From Folioceros fuciformis (Eukaryota): a stretch of 20,000 nt of DNA. The DNA is taken from assembly GCA_049999805.1 (NCBI GenBank), contig JBNGIO010006030.1:44643-64642 (forward strand), given 5' to 3'. Shown piece after piece: positions 1 through 11,524 of the stretch. The notes below the pieces were generated by a model. The model did not search any database. It was not told the origin of the DNA and saw only the letters and a list, made by a program, of their open reading frames with translations. The translations under genes and the position numbers were made by a program. Every line of letters starts with the position of its first letter. Within the stretch, counting starts at the first letter, position 1.

Positions 1-3000
1 CGGGCAGTTGGAAGGAAAGCGCAACCTGTTTCGTCATCAGTGTTTGGTTGCTTGGGACAAGCTTCCATGGACCAAATGAGTACCATAATAGCATATGGTG
101 CCAAAACCGGGTAGTCTACCTCGACCCTAGAGGATATGCTACAAAAATGTGAGTCCGTTTGAGAAAGAGTTTTGTCAGCAAGATGCTCGGTCCCGCATGA
201 TTAGGCTTCTCTCCAGACATTCCCTCGCTCTATGTTGTCAACAGTGGTGGTCGTATCTACGGCAAATCCTTGCGTTTTCTTGTGGCCATCACGGGGGCCC
301 AAGGTGACGTATTAGCGTCCACAGATTCCTAACGGCAAGTGGGAGTTGAGTTGATGCAAGGCAGGCCGGAGCATGAACACCTGGGATTAAGCTGGCGGAA
401 GCCATACTGCACTTCCTGATGTCCGAGATCTTCCATGTGACGAAAGCCAAAGTGTTTAGTGCTGGCCTATTCATCTCCACAGCGCACCAGTACGGGCACG
501 CCAGAAGGAGCCTGGACTCCTGCACATATGTATATATGGTATGAATTTTTCTACAAGCCTTTCGTTTGCAACTACTGGATGCCACCGTGAGTGAAGCGGC
601 AGAATCGCTCTCGGACAGGACAGCCGGGCAGCCCTTCGGAGTTGTTTACGGACTCCAGCAAGCTGCATGTCAGAGGGACAGTACGAAGGCTGCATTGAAT
701 GGTACACCGGTTACAGCAAATCGGGATTATGATATGTAAACGGGTCGCAGAGTAAAGGAGCAGTTTGATGGACTGTGGCAGGTATGCCACAGGTTCGTAC
801 AGTACTAGCACTGCCGCATATGCGGAACCACTTGGCCTTGAAAGTAGGTGCCCTTGGCCAGCATAAACTGTGATCCGAAGTCATGGAACGGAGGCCACGG
901 AGTGGAGGTTTTGGTAGGCTACATATCCAGTTGGTGGGAGCCGTTCGTTGTGGCGAGACGCTATGCCCGCCAGGACACTGATTAATCATCCGCCTTGATG
1001 ATGGCAAGGAGAAGGATACAGGACCATACAGGAGTTCTGTGCTGCATCCCCAACGATGTCTTCGTGATGCAGGAGGCCGTGAATTGTCATCACTAGCGAA
1101 GTGCAGGAGCAATAGTGATGAGGAGCTAGGGCTAGGGCAACGGCAGAGTCACACTAAAGACTGCAGATTCGGGTAAGAGCCACCGCCATTGCATTGCATG
1201 TACACTGTACAGTCCCGTCCATGATCGTTCCGGACCTGGTGCGTTGTTGCTGCCCGTCCTGGCTCTGGACCTGGACCTGGTCCTGGTACACCCCACCTCC
1301 ATTTCGACAGGCAGGCGGTTGCAAGGGCCAGGCAGGGACAGGGCCAGGCAAAGGGGCCAGGCAAAGGGGCCCCTAGGGACAGGAGCAGCGGCAGAGGCAG
1401 GGCCCCATAGGAGGTGGCGTGCCCGAGTTCAGTGGGGCCCCCGCTGTCCTGGGGAGCATGGGAAAACTGACCGCGTGAGGAGTCCGGCCTCCGGCCTCTG
1501 GTGGGAAGCTCGCGGGAAGTGTGTTGTGGGTTCCGGTAATCCGCACGCGTATGGTTCGCATTTCCTCCTTTGCGGGAGGAGATTAATCAAAAGAAATAAA
1601 AATTGGCCCGCAGCTCCGGGATTGTAATGGAGTGAGGAGTCCTGGACGGAAATGGCGGCAGTTACCAGGTCCAATCAGGGTTGTGCGCTGTCTGCAGCCC
1701 GTGCCCCGGGGCCTGCGACAGATAGAGCAGTGCAAGCTTTCAAAGGTGTGGGTGTGAGATGAGAGAAGTGTGTCTCGCAGAGAGAGGTGGAGCGTCACCG
1801 TGGAGCCGGAGCAACAGCTGCCGGGCTGCCATCACGATTCACGGCCGATGCTGGATTCAGGCGGTATTAATGGCAGTTGATGACATGTTTGGCGGGCATC
1901 ACGAGAGACTGCGAGAAGCTACGGCCAAAGCAATCCTAATGGGGACTCTGAACTCGGGATGCGAGTAATAATAAAACTTGCGCAGGCCTGCGCCTGCGGC
2001 ATGGATTCTATTCTACCCGGGGTTTTTGCTCTGGCTCTGGCTCTGGCTCTGCGCTTGTCCCATTCTCCAAAACGACAGGAGCGCGTCTGCCATCGTCTGA
2101 CGCTGCTGCATCTCCACACTGTGGGATACAGGAATACAGCTTACATACTACAGTGTGGATGGGAGAGAAAAGGAGGAGAAAAGCTGTGGTGAGGGGAAAG
2201 GTAAAGAATTGCGCGGAGTCAGGCATGGCGATGTGCAGTGAGGTGGAATAGCATGGAATGGACTGGATGTCACTGTTTCATCATTCGTACCCCCCGGAAG
2301 AGGAAGAGGAAAGGTTGGGTGATGGGTCATGGAGGCTCATGCCCCATGGCTGAACTTGCTTACAGGCGCAAAACGCGAGGAGGCCAAAAGGGGGCTCAAC
2401 TCTCTAATCATGGCGCAGGGCTGGAGGGTGAGGCCATGTGGAGGGCCCAGCCCTCCTGCTGCCCCCTCTTCTCGGGCACCACAGTGTCCAGAGGCCAGGA
2501 ATAAAAAGGAGGTACATACATCAAGCACGCCTGTAATACAGTGCTCTCCACTGCACAGTGCAGGAGCAGCAGCAGCAACAGTAGCAGACTCTCTCTCCCA
2601 CCAAGCAGAGCCGGGAAGCGCTCCACAAGTCCAGATGGACCTGGCAATGGCGGCAGGCCCTCCTTGTTGGCACGGAAAAGGGGAGGGAGGGCAACTTCTG
2701 ATATCTACATAAAGCTCATGGTGGGGCAGTCCTCGGCGTCCAAAAGAGGTCTGGAAGAGAAGTCGAAGAGGAGAGTCTTCCAAGAGGAAGGGAAGGGGAA
2801 GAGGAAGAGGAAGAGAGATCCTGGTCCAAGAAGACAGAAAGACAGACAGGAGGAGAGACAAGAGGACGCGAGGCAAGAGTCATTGCGGTGGCCACCCCAG
2901 TTCCCACTGCACTCCACTCCACTCCCGGCCTGGGGAGAGAGAGAAGCGGGGCAATCGGCACTGGGAGGTGGTTATTCCCGCCCGTGCAGGCTCACATTCA

Positions 3001-3216
3001 GCCACCGGGCCATGAATGGAGGTGGAGCCAGCGGGGGCATGAAGGATGGGGGAATGCAGCCGCACCCGCAGCTGCACCGGAGGAGAAGGCGAGGTGGGGC
3101 TGCCAGGGCGTGAAGGTGGAAGCTTGTCCTGGCTCCTCCTCCTCCTCATCCATCTGCCTTTCCTGCAGCCCTACCTTGGATTGCAGAACTAGGCCAGGGC
3201 CAGGCCATATCCGCTC

Positions 3217-5550
3217 ATGGCAGTGGAGCCTCCCGCGCCTGCAGCCGCAGCGCCATCCTCCCCGCCCTACACTGCCCGTCCACAGTCTGCCTGGCGCGTC
3301 GGCGTCGACGACGACCACGTGGTTCTGAAGCCCGCCCCCGCCGCCGGGGTTTACGGCAGCGGCAAGGACTCAACCTCCACCTCCCTGCTGCACCGCCGCG
3401 GCGGCAGCAGCAGCAGCAGCGGCCGCATCACGCTGCGCAAGGAGGTGGTGGAAGCGGAGCCCTCCTGGTGCTGCATCTCCCGCCCGCTCTCCGCCTCCTC
3501 CCCGCCCGATCCACAGCAGAGAGAGGTGCACAAGGAGAAAGAGCAGCAGCAGCATCCGCAAGGGCCAGGCCACCGGCGCATGCGATCCCGCTCGTACTCC
3601 GGCGAGCTCGTGGTGGCCACTTACAAGAAGTCCGGCGAGCTGGTGGCGTACAACAAGAAATCCGGCGAGCTGCAGGTCACGTACAACAAGAAGAGCGGGG
3701 AGCTGGCCATCGTCCCGCTCAAGAGCAGCAAGAGCAAGTCCGGGGAGCAGCAGCAGGGATCGTCTGGTTCGCCCTTCCGCCGCCTTTCACTGTCCCCAGG
3801 GAAGGTGTCGCCGTTGGTGGAGCAGGCCATGCCGCCGGGGTATTCCGCCCGGGCTGGCAGCACCGTCGCCTCCTCCCCGCCCGTGGACAAGATCAAGTCC
3901 TCCCCCACGCTCTTCGAGATGATGTCCCACGAGCACGAGATGCAGGCGAAGCCGGCTGCCTCCACCGCCTCCCCACAGCAAGTAGCGGCTCCGCAGGCTG
4001 CCGTAGCCGCGCCGATCCCCACATTGCAGCCCGGCGGCGCAGCCGGCGCTGGCGCCGCAGCAGGGGCCACCATGGCCATGGTGTCCCACGGCACCCGCCA
4101 GTCCTCCTTCCAGGAGAAGATGGCCTCCCTGCTCGCAGGCGGCAGCCCCGGGAGCCAGTTTAACGACGCCGACTCCAGCGACGTCAAGCTCACCCTCAGC
4201 AGCAAGGAGGGGTACAGCGTCTCGGTCAACGTGCACCGCCATATCCTCGTCACGCACAGCAGGTTCTTCGCGGCCAAGCTCTCAGACCGCTGGTCTAAGC
4301 AGCAGCGCTCCCTCCCTCACCTGGTCGAGATCTCCGACTGCGAGGATGTGGAGCTCTACCTCGAGACGCTCCGCCTCATGTACTGCCAGGACGTGAAGCG
4401 CCGGCTCATGAAGGAGAACGTCCCCCGCGTCCTCGGCATCCTCAAGGTGTGTGTTTTGTGAATCGTCTTGAAATCGTGTTCGAGTCGCCTTTTCAATCTT
4501 TTTGAGACGCGGGAGGGTCATGCGTGCTGAAGCGGCTGGAGATGGAGCCTGACACAAGCTGGTTTTTTCCTCCCGGGGCTGGGATGGAACTTGGACTGGA
4601 TGTTGCAGGTGTCGGCAGCGATCGTGTTCGAGGCCGGGGTCATATCTTGCCTGGAGTATCTGGAGGCTGTGCCATGGCAAGAGGACGAGGAGGAGAAGGT
4701 GACGACGCTGCTGTCGCAGCTGCAGCTGGACAGGGTGGGGGCGGCGGAGGTTTTGAAGAGGTGCTACCCCGCAGACGCGGGGACCGACAACGAGGATGTG
4801 CTGGTGAAGTTGCTGCAGTCGGTGACGAATAGTACGGATGAGAAGGCGAGGAGGGAGATGAAGTCGCTGGTGGCCAGGATGCTGCGGGAGAATTCCAACA
4901 ACCTGAAGGAGCCAGCGGATGTGAGCAAGGAGAGCCTGTACCGGGCGTGCCACGGCTGCCTCGACTCGCTGCTGCATCTCTTCATGCAGGCCACCACCCC
5001 GGACTTACTGACCAAGAACGGGGGGGATAGAGGGACTATGGTTTCGCAGATAGGGCGGCAGGCGGATAACTTGCACTGGCTTGTGGACATCCTGATCGAC
5101 AGGAGAATTGCGGATGATTTTATCAGAATGTGGGCGCACCAGTCGGAGCTGGCTACTCTGCACACGCAGATCCCCACCATGTTCCGGTACGAAGTGAGTC
5201 GCCTCACTGCCCGCCTTTGCGTGGCTATTGGGAAAGGACAAGTGCTGTGCCCGAAGGAAGTGAGGTTTTGTCTCCTGCAAACTTGGTTGCAACCGCTGGT
5301 TGACGACTTCGGGTGGATGCAACGAGGGTGCAAGGGTCTGGACAAAAAGGTTGTGGAAGAGGGTATCAGTCAGACCATTTTGACACTGCCGTTGAAGCAG
5401 CAGCAGAACATCCTGATGGCCTGGTTCGATCGGTTTTCTAACAACGGTGACGACTGCCCAAACCTCCAAAAGGCTTTTGAAGTTTGGTGGAGGCGAACCT
5501 TCATGCGGCCGAACGTGGAGGAAGAGTCATCATTGCAGGCGGAGTTCTAG
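3217..5550 (+). CDS. BTB/POZ domain-containing protein, plant At1g63850/At5g60050/At2g13690-like family; exons 3217-4446 and 4609-5550
   Basis: ORFs 3217-4461 and 4591-5550 join in frame through a 162-nt GT-AG intron (CTCAAG|GTGTGT...TTGCAG|GTGTCG, 4447-4608), giving ...[29 protein letters not shown]. Family motifs: [89 protein letters not shown]. Ends at TAG. Confidence 0.92.
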
Positions 5551-6012
5551 TCTTTCTTCAGGACTTCCGAGGAAGGCAGGGCAGATGTCGGGCCAGGGGC
5601 CATGCTGTGCCCGATGATGAGGACTTTCGGCCACCAGAAATACGTTCGACGGCCCCCACTGTTGAGGTATGGTCGAGCAAACTTCTTCCTGGTGCAGTGC
5701 AGGCAACGTCCGGTGGCAACTCGTCCTGGCCCAAAGCAGCATGTGACTCGCTGTTTGTAGTCAGCATGCGCTGCAAAGATGGGCAGGTTGCAAACAACCC
5801 TGCCCACACTGCTGATCCAGTCTGAAACTATAAAATTTCTGCATCGTTCTCCGATGCCGATGCATTGGGGTGGAGCCAGACGAAGGTCGTGGCCGCTTTA
5901 CCGTCTGTCTCCAGTGTCCTCTCGGATATCAAATTTGTGCAGCGAGGACCTTGTCTCGCAAGTTTGATTCACGACTGTCTATACCTGTCAAAGTTGTTAG
6001 AAAATAAGTGTG

Positions 6013-6054
6013 GAAGGAATGTGTTTTGAACGAGAAGGAATGTGTTTTGAACGA
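6013..6054. repeat. Perfect 21-bp direct duplication
   Basis: GAAGGAATGTGTTTTGAACGA occurs twice in tandem (6013-6033, 6034-6054). Confidence 0.9.
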
Positions 6055-6247
6055 AACAAGAGGACAGGGACGTTTCCTGCCTGCCCCTCCACTACCCGAG
6101 AGGTGTTTACTTGAAGCTCATGCCTATGAAAAATGGCTTGTTTATTTCAATCTCGTATGTATGTAAAACGGCTACCTTGTCTCAGCTGTTAACCTCATGG
6201 TACTTAGAACAATTAATCATCATGTAGGATGTTTATAACTATACTAA

Positions 6248-6400
6248 TATGGATTTATGATTTGGAGTATGGGATTCATGATTTGGAGTATGGGATTTGT
6301 GGTTTGGGGTATGGGATTAGTGATTTGTCACATGGGATTGGTGGTTTGGGATATGGGATTCGTGTCTTGGGGTATGGGATACTTGTTTTGGGGTATGGGA
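6248..6400. repeat. Degenerate 21-bp minisatellite, about 7 copies
   Basis: Unit resembles TATGGGATTCATGATTTGGAG / TATGGGATTTGTGGTTTGGGG, with TATGGGAT recurring every 21 nt. Confidence 0.88.
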
Positions 6401-6557
6401 GAATTCAAGTGCCTTAGGCCCTTCGAGCTATGAACTCTTTTTGATCCTTGCCTATAGTGCTTGAAGAGGCATAGTTCTTATGTTGTGATATGGAACAAAT
6501 TTTAAAAGGGGGATAGGAGGTGAGTAGGAGGAGAGAGGGTGTTGGAGGCAGGAGAAG

Positions 6558-6843
6558 GAAGACACCCAGCGGCAAGTTTTCAAGAGAAGACAACAAGTGA
6601 AGAAACCCAGTGGCAAGTTTTCAAGAGAAGACAACAAGTGAAGAAACCCAGCTTTCAAGAGAAGACAACAAGTGAAGAAACCCAGCGACAAGTTTTCAAG
6701 AGAAGACAACAAGTGAAGAAACCTAGCGGCAAGTTTTCAAGAGAAGACAACAAGTGAAGAAACCCAGCGGCAAGTTTTCAAGAGAAGACAACAAGTGAAG
6801 AAATCCAGTGGCAAGTTTTCAAGCGAAGACAACAAGTGAAGAA
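6558..6843. repeat. 41-bp tandem repeat, about 7 copies (one internally deleted)
   Basis: Unit GAAGAAACCCAGYGGCAAGTTTTCAAGAGAAGACAACAAGT starts near 6558, 6599, 6640 (34-bp variant), 6674, 6715, 6756 and 6797. Copies are near-identical and directly adjacent, with no unique spacers. Confidence 0.93.
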
Positions 6844-7079
6844 TTCCACCACATTGATAAGCCCATGTAATATCTTTGAAAGCTAGAGGAAGTAAGTGGG
6901 AAACCATAGAGAACTTGGAAGCTAGTCAACAACATTGAACCATGTTTGGCCATATTGCAACATAGGGGAAATCTCTCTTAAGGATGAGGAGAAGGAGGAA
7001 AAGGTGATGGATTTTGTGGACAATTTCATTGCAAAGGATGTACAAAGCAAAGATGATGAGACTTAGCAGTTTTGTTTCA

Positions 7080-7420
7080 CAATGTGTCCAATCAGGCCAA
7101 TGTGTCCAATCAGGCCATTGAAGGATTTAGCAGATGTATTTGATAGTATGTCCAATTAGGTCATTGAAGGACTGTAGAAAGTTGAGCAGCAAATGAAGCC
7201 TATGTCCAATTAGGCCATAGAAGGATTGTAGAAAGTTGAGCAGCAAATGAAGCCTATGTCCAATTAGGCCATTGAAGGATTGTAGAAAGTTGAGCAGCAA
7301 ATGAAGCCTATGTCCNNNNNNNNNNCCATTGAAGGATTGTAGAAAGTTGAGCAGCAAATGAAGCCTATGTCCAATTAGACCATTGAAGGATTGTAGAAAG
7401 TTGAGCAGCAAATGAAGCAA
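7080..7420. repeat. 54-bp tandem repeat (at least 5 copies, spanning an assembly gap), preceded by an 18-bp duplication
   Basis: Unit TATGTCCAATTAGGCCATTGAAGGATTGTAGAAAGTTGAGCAGCAAATGAAGCC at 7147, 7201, 7255, 7309 (broken by the gap) and 7366. CAATGTGTCCAATCAGGC occurs twice at 7080-7115. Confidence 0.92.
7316..7325. other. Assembly gap (10 N) inside the 54-bp array; true copy number unknown
   Basis: Run of 10 N flanked on both sides by the same repeat unit. Confidence 0.98.
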
Positions 7421-7855
7421 TTCACTTACTGGGACTTAGAAAAGATTGAGTTGGGCTCTTTGAAAGAGAACAAAACAACAAACATGTTTCCTTCAAACCA
7501 CAATCCACTAACGAGACTTAATAATGAAGGGTTGCCTAAGGAAGGCAAATGCTCGACCGAGTAATCTTAGGGTTTGATGTGCCATGGACAGGTCCGGGTG
7601 CTTCATGGGACATTGATCGTCCCGGCTCGGAAAGGTTTGTACCTGCGGTTCGGGAAGTTAAACAAGTCACACAGTGTGGGTGGGCCGGCGTCCGGCGTGG
7701 TTCACACTGGCGGAAATTGACCATCTTGTATTTGGAGCTTTATTTGCTCATTTAAAACTGGCGCAATCGCAAAAGGCGAAAAAAGGTATGGTTTTGGCCC
7801 ATTATTCCAGGTCTCCTCCTCCTGCCTTTGCGTGCTGGTCTCGCCGTTTCTTCTT

Positions 7856-8761
7856 TCACACAGCGGAGGCAAAAAAGAAGGATTTGCTCGTCCAGGGATA
7901 GCTGTTGTTTGGGCCCGCTTTCTGCCGGTCCCCTCCACTGTCCGGCTCCGGCTCCTCCACAAGGAAGTCGCCGAATGTTTCCTTCAAGAGCTTCACCAGA
8001 CGAAGGGCTTTTCCTGGGTCTTGTACCATCACGCCGTCAATTTTGGCCTGAAAACGTTTCACCATCTCAACACTGAGCGTTTCCTGGTACGCAGTTGTCT
8101 TGGATCTGAGCTCGTGGTATTCGTCGCGAACTTTGTTGTAGTCCAGGAGCCAGGCGTGGCTTTTCTGCGTTCTATACTGCATCGTCTCCAATTCCAGTTG
8201 GATTTCTTCCAACCTGTCCTCCAATTCTGCGACGGCCTCGGCGGAGTTGGCAGCCTCTTCTCTCAGCTTGTCCGTGAAGGTCTTCTTCATCCAGAGCTGC
8301 CGGTTGTACTGTCGCTCGGTTTCCTGGAGCTCTTCCTGGGCCGTCTCCATTGCCACCCTCATTTTCTGTAGAGCTTCAGCCATGTCTCTAATTCTGTCCT
8401 TCTGCTGCTCTTGCTCGTTCTTGTTGGCCCACAAGCCCTCGCTGATGGAGGCAACATCTTTCTTGAGCGCCAGGATCTTCCAAAATGCGGTGACGGTGGT
8501 TTTGGCTCCCAAGTCCATTGCGCCTTGGAGGGTCTTCAAACTCGCATTTGCGTTTTGCAGGCTTTCAATCATTGTTGCCGCTTTCCACTTGAAGCCGCTC
8601 GGGTACGAACCTTGCGGATCAACCTTCCACTGAGTGTTAAACAACTGATCTAATGCTGCACGTTCACTCGCTGGCATCGGCTGTACCTCGCCTCCTGGGT
8701 GCTCCGACGAAGCGTTTGGTGCGGCCCGTTGGTCCACCTTTTTGTCTCCCAATGCCTCCAT
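7856..8761 (-). CDS. Hypothetical coiled-coil protein (about 301 aa from ATG 8761), possibly transposon-associated
   Basis: Uninterrupted ORF of about 900 nt with an E/K/Q/L/A-rich helical centre (EQEQQKDRIRDMAEALQKMRVAMETAQEELQETE...AVAELEDRLEEIQLELE). No family recognised; start and end uncertain. Confidence 0.5.
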   Translation of the reverse strand: MEALGDKKVDQRAAPNASSEHPGGEVQPMPASERAALDQLFNTQWKVDPQGSYPSGFKWKAATMIESLQNANASLKTLQGAMDLGAKTTVTAFWKILALKKDVASISEGLWANKNEQEQQKDRIRDMAEALQKMRVAMETAQEELQETERQYNRQLWMKKTFTDKLREEAANSAEAVAELEDRLEEIQLELETMQYRTQKSHAWLLDYNKVRDEYHELRSKTTAYQETLSVEMVKRFQAKIDGVMVQDPGKALRLVKLLKETFGDFLVEEPEPDSGGDRQKAGPNNSYPWTSKSFFFASAV

Positions 8762-9556
8762 CTCAGCGTGTGTAAGAATTGCGGAAATGTAAAAACACAA
8801 TGCAGCGGAGAAAGTGAAAACACGGGGCAGAAGAGTGTTCGCCGATATCGCTCTCTTACAGCAATCGGAAACAAGAGCAAAAGCAAGAATCAGGCTGAAA
8901 GTGGTCGGCAGGACAGGAAAAGGGGAAGGGTATTTGTATTCGGAGGTGGGAGAGGGGAGGACGCTTTAATGGAGTTTTCAAGATTATTCTACCTTAATCT
9001 GTCCATCTTCCCATTCCCAGCTCGCGTAATTGCAGCGAGCTGGAACGATTGAGATGCCAACCTCGTCCGAGTTTTTGTGGGATAGGATTCTGCTCAAACG
9101 AATGGAGCATGCATCCTCCTTATTGATTGATTTGATAGTTGGGGTGGTTCAACTTCCATCCCACTCAATCCAATAAAGAAGCAACTTCTTCTTGGATTGT
9201 ACTACACAAGGTAGTCCACACATGTGCATACAATGCACGAATTAGAGACACACGTACATGACGATCATACTCGCTGTGCAAAGAACGACGTTGCCGGGTC
9301 ATCGACAACCGTCGACTCAAGAGACCATAATGGCGGAGAGAGCAGGAAGGGTGGCGATCAACGTGCAGCTTGGCAGCCATCCAGTTCTGTTATTTCTCGA
9401 GATTCAAAGGGCTTCTCTTGTGCGAGAGCGACGATGTGGAAGGAAGGTGGGCTGCTAGGCACGAATCACGATTTCCTTCGTGTTTGCCTGCCTTCACGGA
9501 ATCCAATTGCCTTCAGGTTTTTGGGCTGGGCTGGCTTGGAGTAGCGGTACCGAGGT

Positions 9557-10846
9557 CTAGTTTATGGCGGAGCAGTCCCTCCGTATCTCCCCCTGAGAAC
9601 CCGTGAGCACTCCGATGGCCCCCATCTTGGTGATGGCGGCAACGAAAGCGTCGAAAAATTTGGGGGTTCTTTTGGAGAAGGCGCGGACCAAGGCCCTGGT
9701 TCTGTCGTCCGTGAAGAGCACCTGGTCCGAGAAGAGCAGGCCCTTTCCTCCCACCAGATTGGCGTAGTAAGCCTTGTCGAACTTGAAGTTGGTGGTCACG
9801 TCCAGGGGCACCACTTGCCCGGGATCACCCGCCTTGGGGCAGACCTGCTTCAGGTCGTTGGCGAAGGCGGTGTTCATGCTGGGATCGGTGGCTGCGCTCG
9901 AGCTGAAGCTGTACAGCCGCGTGGAGAAGGAATCGCAATGCGAGAACCCGATGGTGTGCGCACCTGCGACATCGACATCGCATTTCTCCGTTCACGCCAG
10001 CTTCCTACGACGGTCTACAACACAAGTGCGAGTGCTTGATTACGATAACCCGGACGTTAAGTCACCTGAGAGAGCAACCATGTCGTCCTGCGAGAGGCCT
10101 TTGGAGGCGAAGCTGGCCACCAGCTTGTCCACGTCGAAGTCCGCCCCCGGGAGATTGGCAACAGCCTCAGACGCCAGGGACACCCTCCCGTCCCTCCGCC
10201 CCTTCTGTACCTGCCAGGTCGGCCCACCCACCTGAAGAACCAACCACGGAGACGATCGATGTCACGAACCAGCGCGATTCGCCACCACCCACTTCCTACA
10301 ACAGCCGGGAAATCCGATTCCTCACCAAGCCCACGAAATCTCTTGCCGCAATTGCCAGCAGGTCCGCACACGACACCACTCCGGGGCACTTGGCCTCCAC
10401 CGCCTTCTTGGCCTGCACGACGGAGTCGAACGCGTCCCCGGCCAGTGACAGATTGGGCTGCGCATCCCTCTCCGCCACGTTGCTTCCGCGCGACGATATG
10501 AGCACGGAGCCATCACACCCCTGCCAACCCAACACTAGGACGTAAATTCATTCAGTTCACGTCACACTTCCCCACAAAACACCGCACGCCAGACGTCGTC
10601 ACGCTCACGCACTCGCACGAAGCAGTCGTGAAAGAAGAGGCGCAGCGTCGCCGGGGGCGCAATCTGCGATGCCGCGAACTTGTCCTTCACCACTCCCAGA
10701 ACGATGGCCTCCACATCGGGGCACGTCTTGGCGTAGAAATCCACCGACAGCTGCCCTGCCACGCCCCAAATTCCCCCCGATCCTCCGCCCGGAAGAAGCG
10801 TTCCCCACACCAGCAGCACCAGCAGCGTCGCAAACCGGGCCGCCAT
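9557..10846 (-). CDS. Class III secretory (heme) peroxidase, 333 aa; exons 10613-10846, 10326-10520, 10066-10231, 9557-9963
   Basis: Signal peptide [15 protein letters not shown], then [12 protein letters not shown], distal motif [50 protein letters not shown], proximal [14 protein letters not shown], and [11 protein letters not shown]. Three GT-AG introns sit at the canonical class III positions. Exons of 234+195+166+407 = 1002 nt stay in frame. Confidence 0.96.
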
Positions 10847-11524
10847 CCCACCACACTCCGTCTCCTCGTTCGCTCTCTGCGTCTCCGACCCTGGTCGCAT
10901 TCCGTGAACCCAAGGTCCCTGAAAAGCACCGGGCCCGGATCCCGAGGAGAAGCGGGCCAACACGAGAATAATCACAACGAGCAGCCGCCACCAGCAGCAG
11001 GCTACATACCCGGGCCCCGCTCCCGAGGTAGGCCTGTCCTTACGCCCCCCTGTAGACAGTGACACGCAAGGCGGCAGTTGCTACGCCCCCAGGAACGCCG
11101 ACACGGAGGTGCTGATCTCACCACACGACAGTGTGGAAAGAAGAATTGTATCAACAATCCGGACAATTTGGATGTGCATGGCTGTCCGGCAGCGGCAACA
11201 GAATATGGCCATGCCACAAGTGCCGCGCCGCCGCGCGCTGCACTCCCATTGCACTAGGCGGGAAACCGGCATTACACTCCCTGGCTATCTCCATCTCCTC
11301 CGAGCTCTCAGCTGGACAGGACTGCGACAATTTCGTCTGCTCGTGGAGATAGGCAGAGGCCGGTGGAGAGTGACCTCAGACTGGGAGACGTCTCTTGACC
11401 GTCACGCTCTCTCCTGTATTGCGGCACTTGTTCTGTACTGTTTGCCGCTAGAGGCCAAATGGGGTTGGCGGTCCAGATGGCTAAAATATTCACGGCAATT
11501 ACTGGCTTGCGCGTGTGCTGGTAG

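Noticed and set aside
1..1112. Possible degraded gene on the minus strand (FVTWKISDI is faintly MATH-like)
   Set aside because: No consistent frame, splice pattern or second motif could be found, so it is left unassigned.
1980..2051. 14-bp palindrome GCGCAGGCCTGCGC and (GCTCTG)4 microsatellite
   Set aside because: Expected by chance in GC-rich DNA, with no associated structure.
2337..3113. ORFs of 179-190 aa upstream of the BTB gene
   Set aside because: They derive from GA-rich low-complexity leader or promoter sequence and have no recognisable domain.
3351..5469. Antisense and alternative-frame ORFs over the BTB gene (likewise over the peroxidase and PPR genes)
   Set aside because: These are shadow ORFs caused by high GC3 codon bias in the real genes.
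6558..6843. 41-bp repeats as a CRISPR array
   Set aside because: Units are directly adjacent with no unique spacers, there are no cas genes, and the context is eukaryotic.
6896..7563. TAG reassignment or amber read-through as the reason for TAG-only interruptions
   Set aside because: The intact BTB and peroxidase genes both end at TAG at their expected C-termini. Mutational decay is the simpler explanation.
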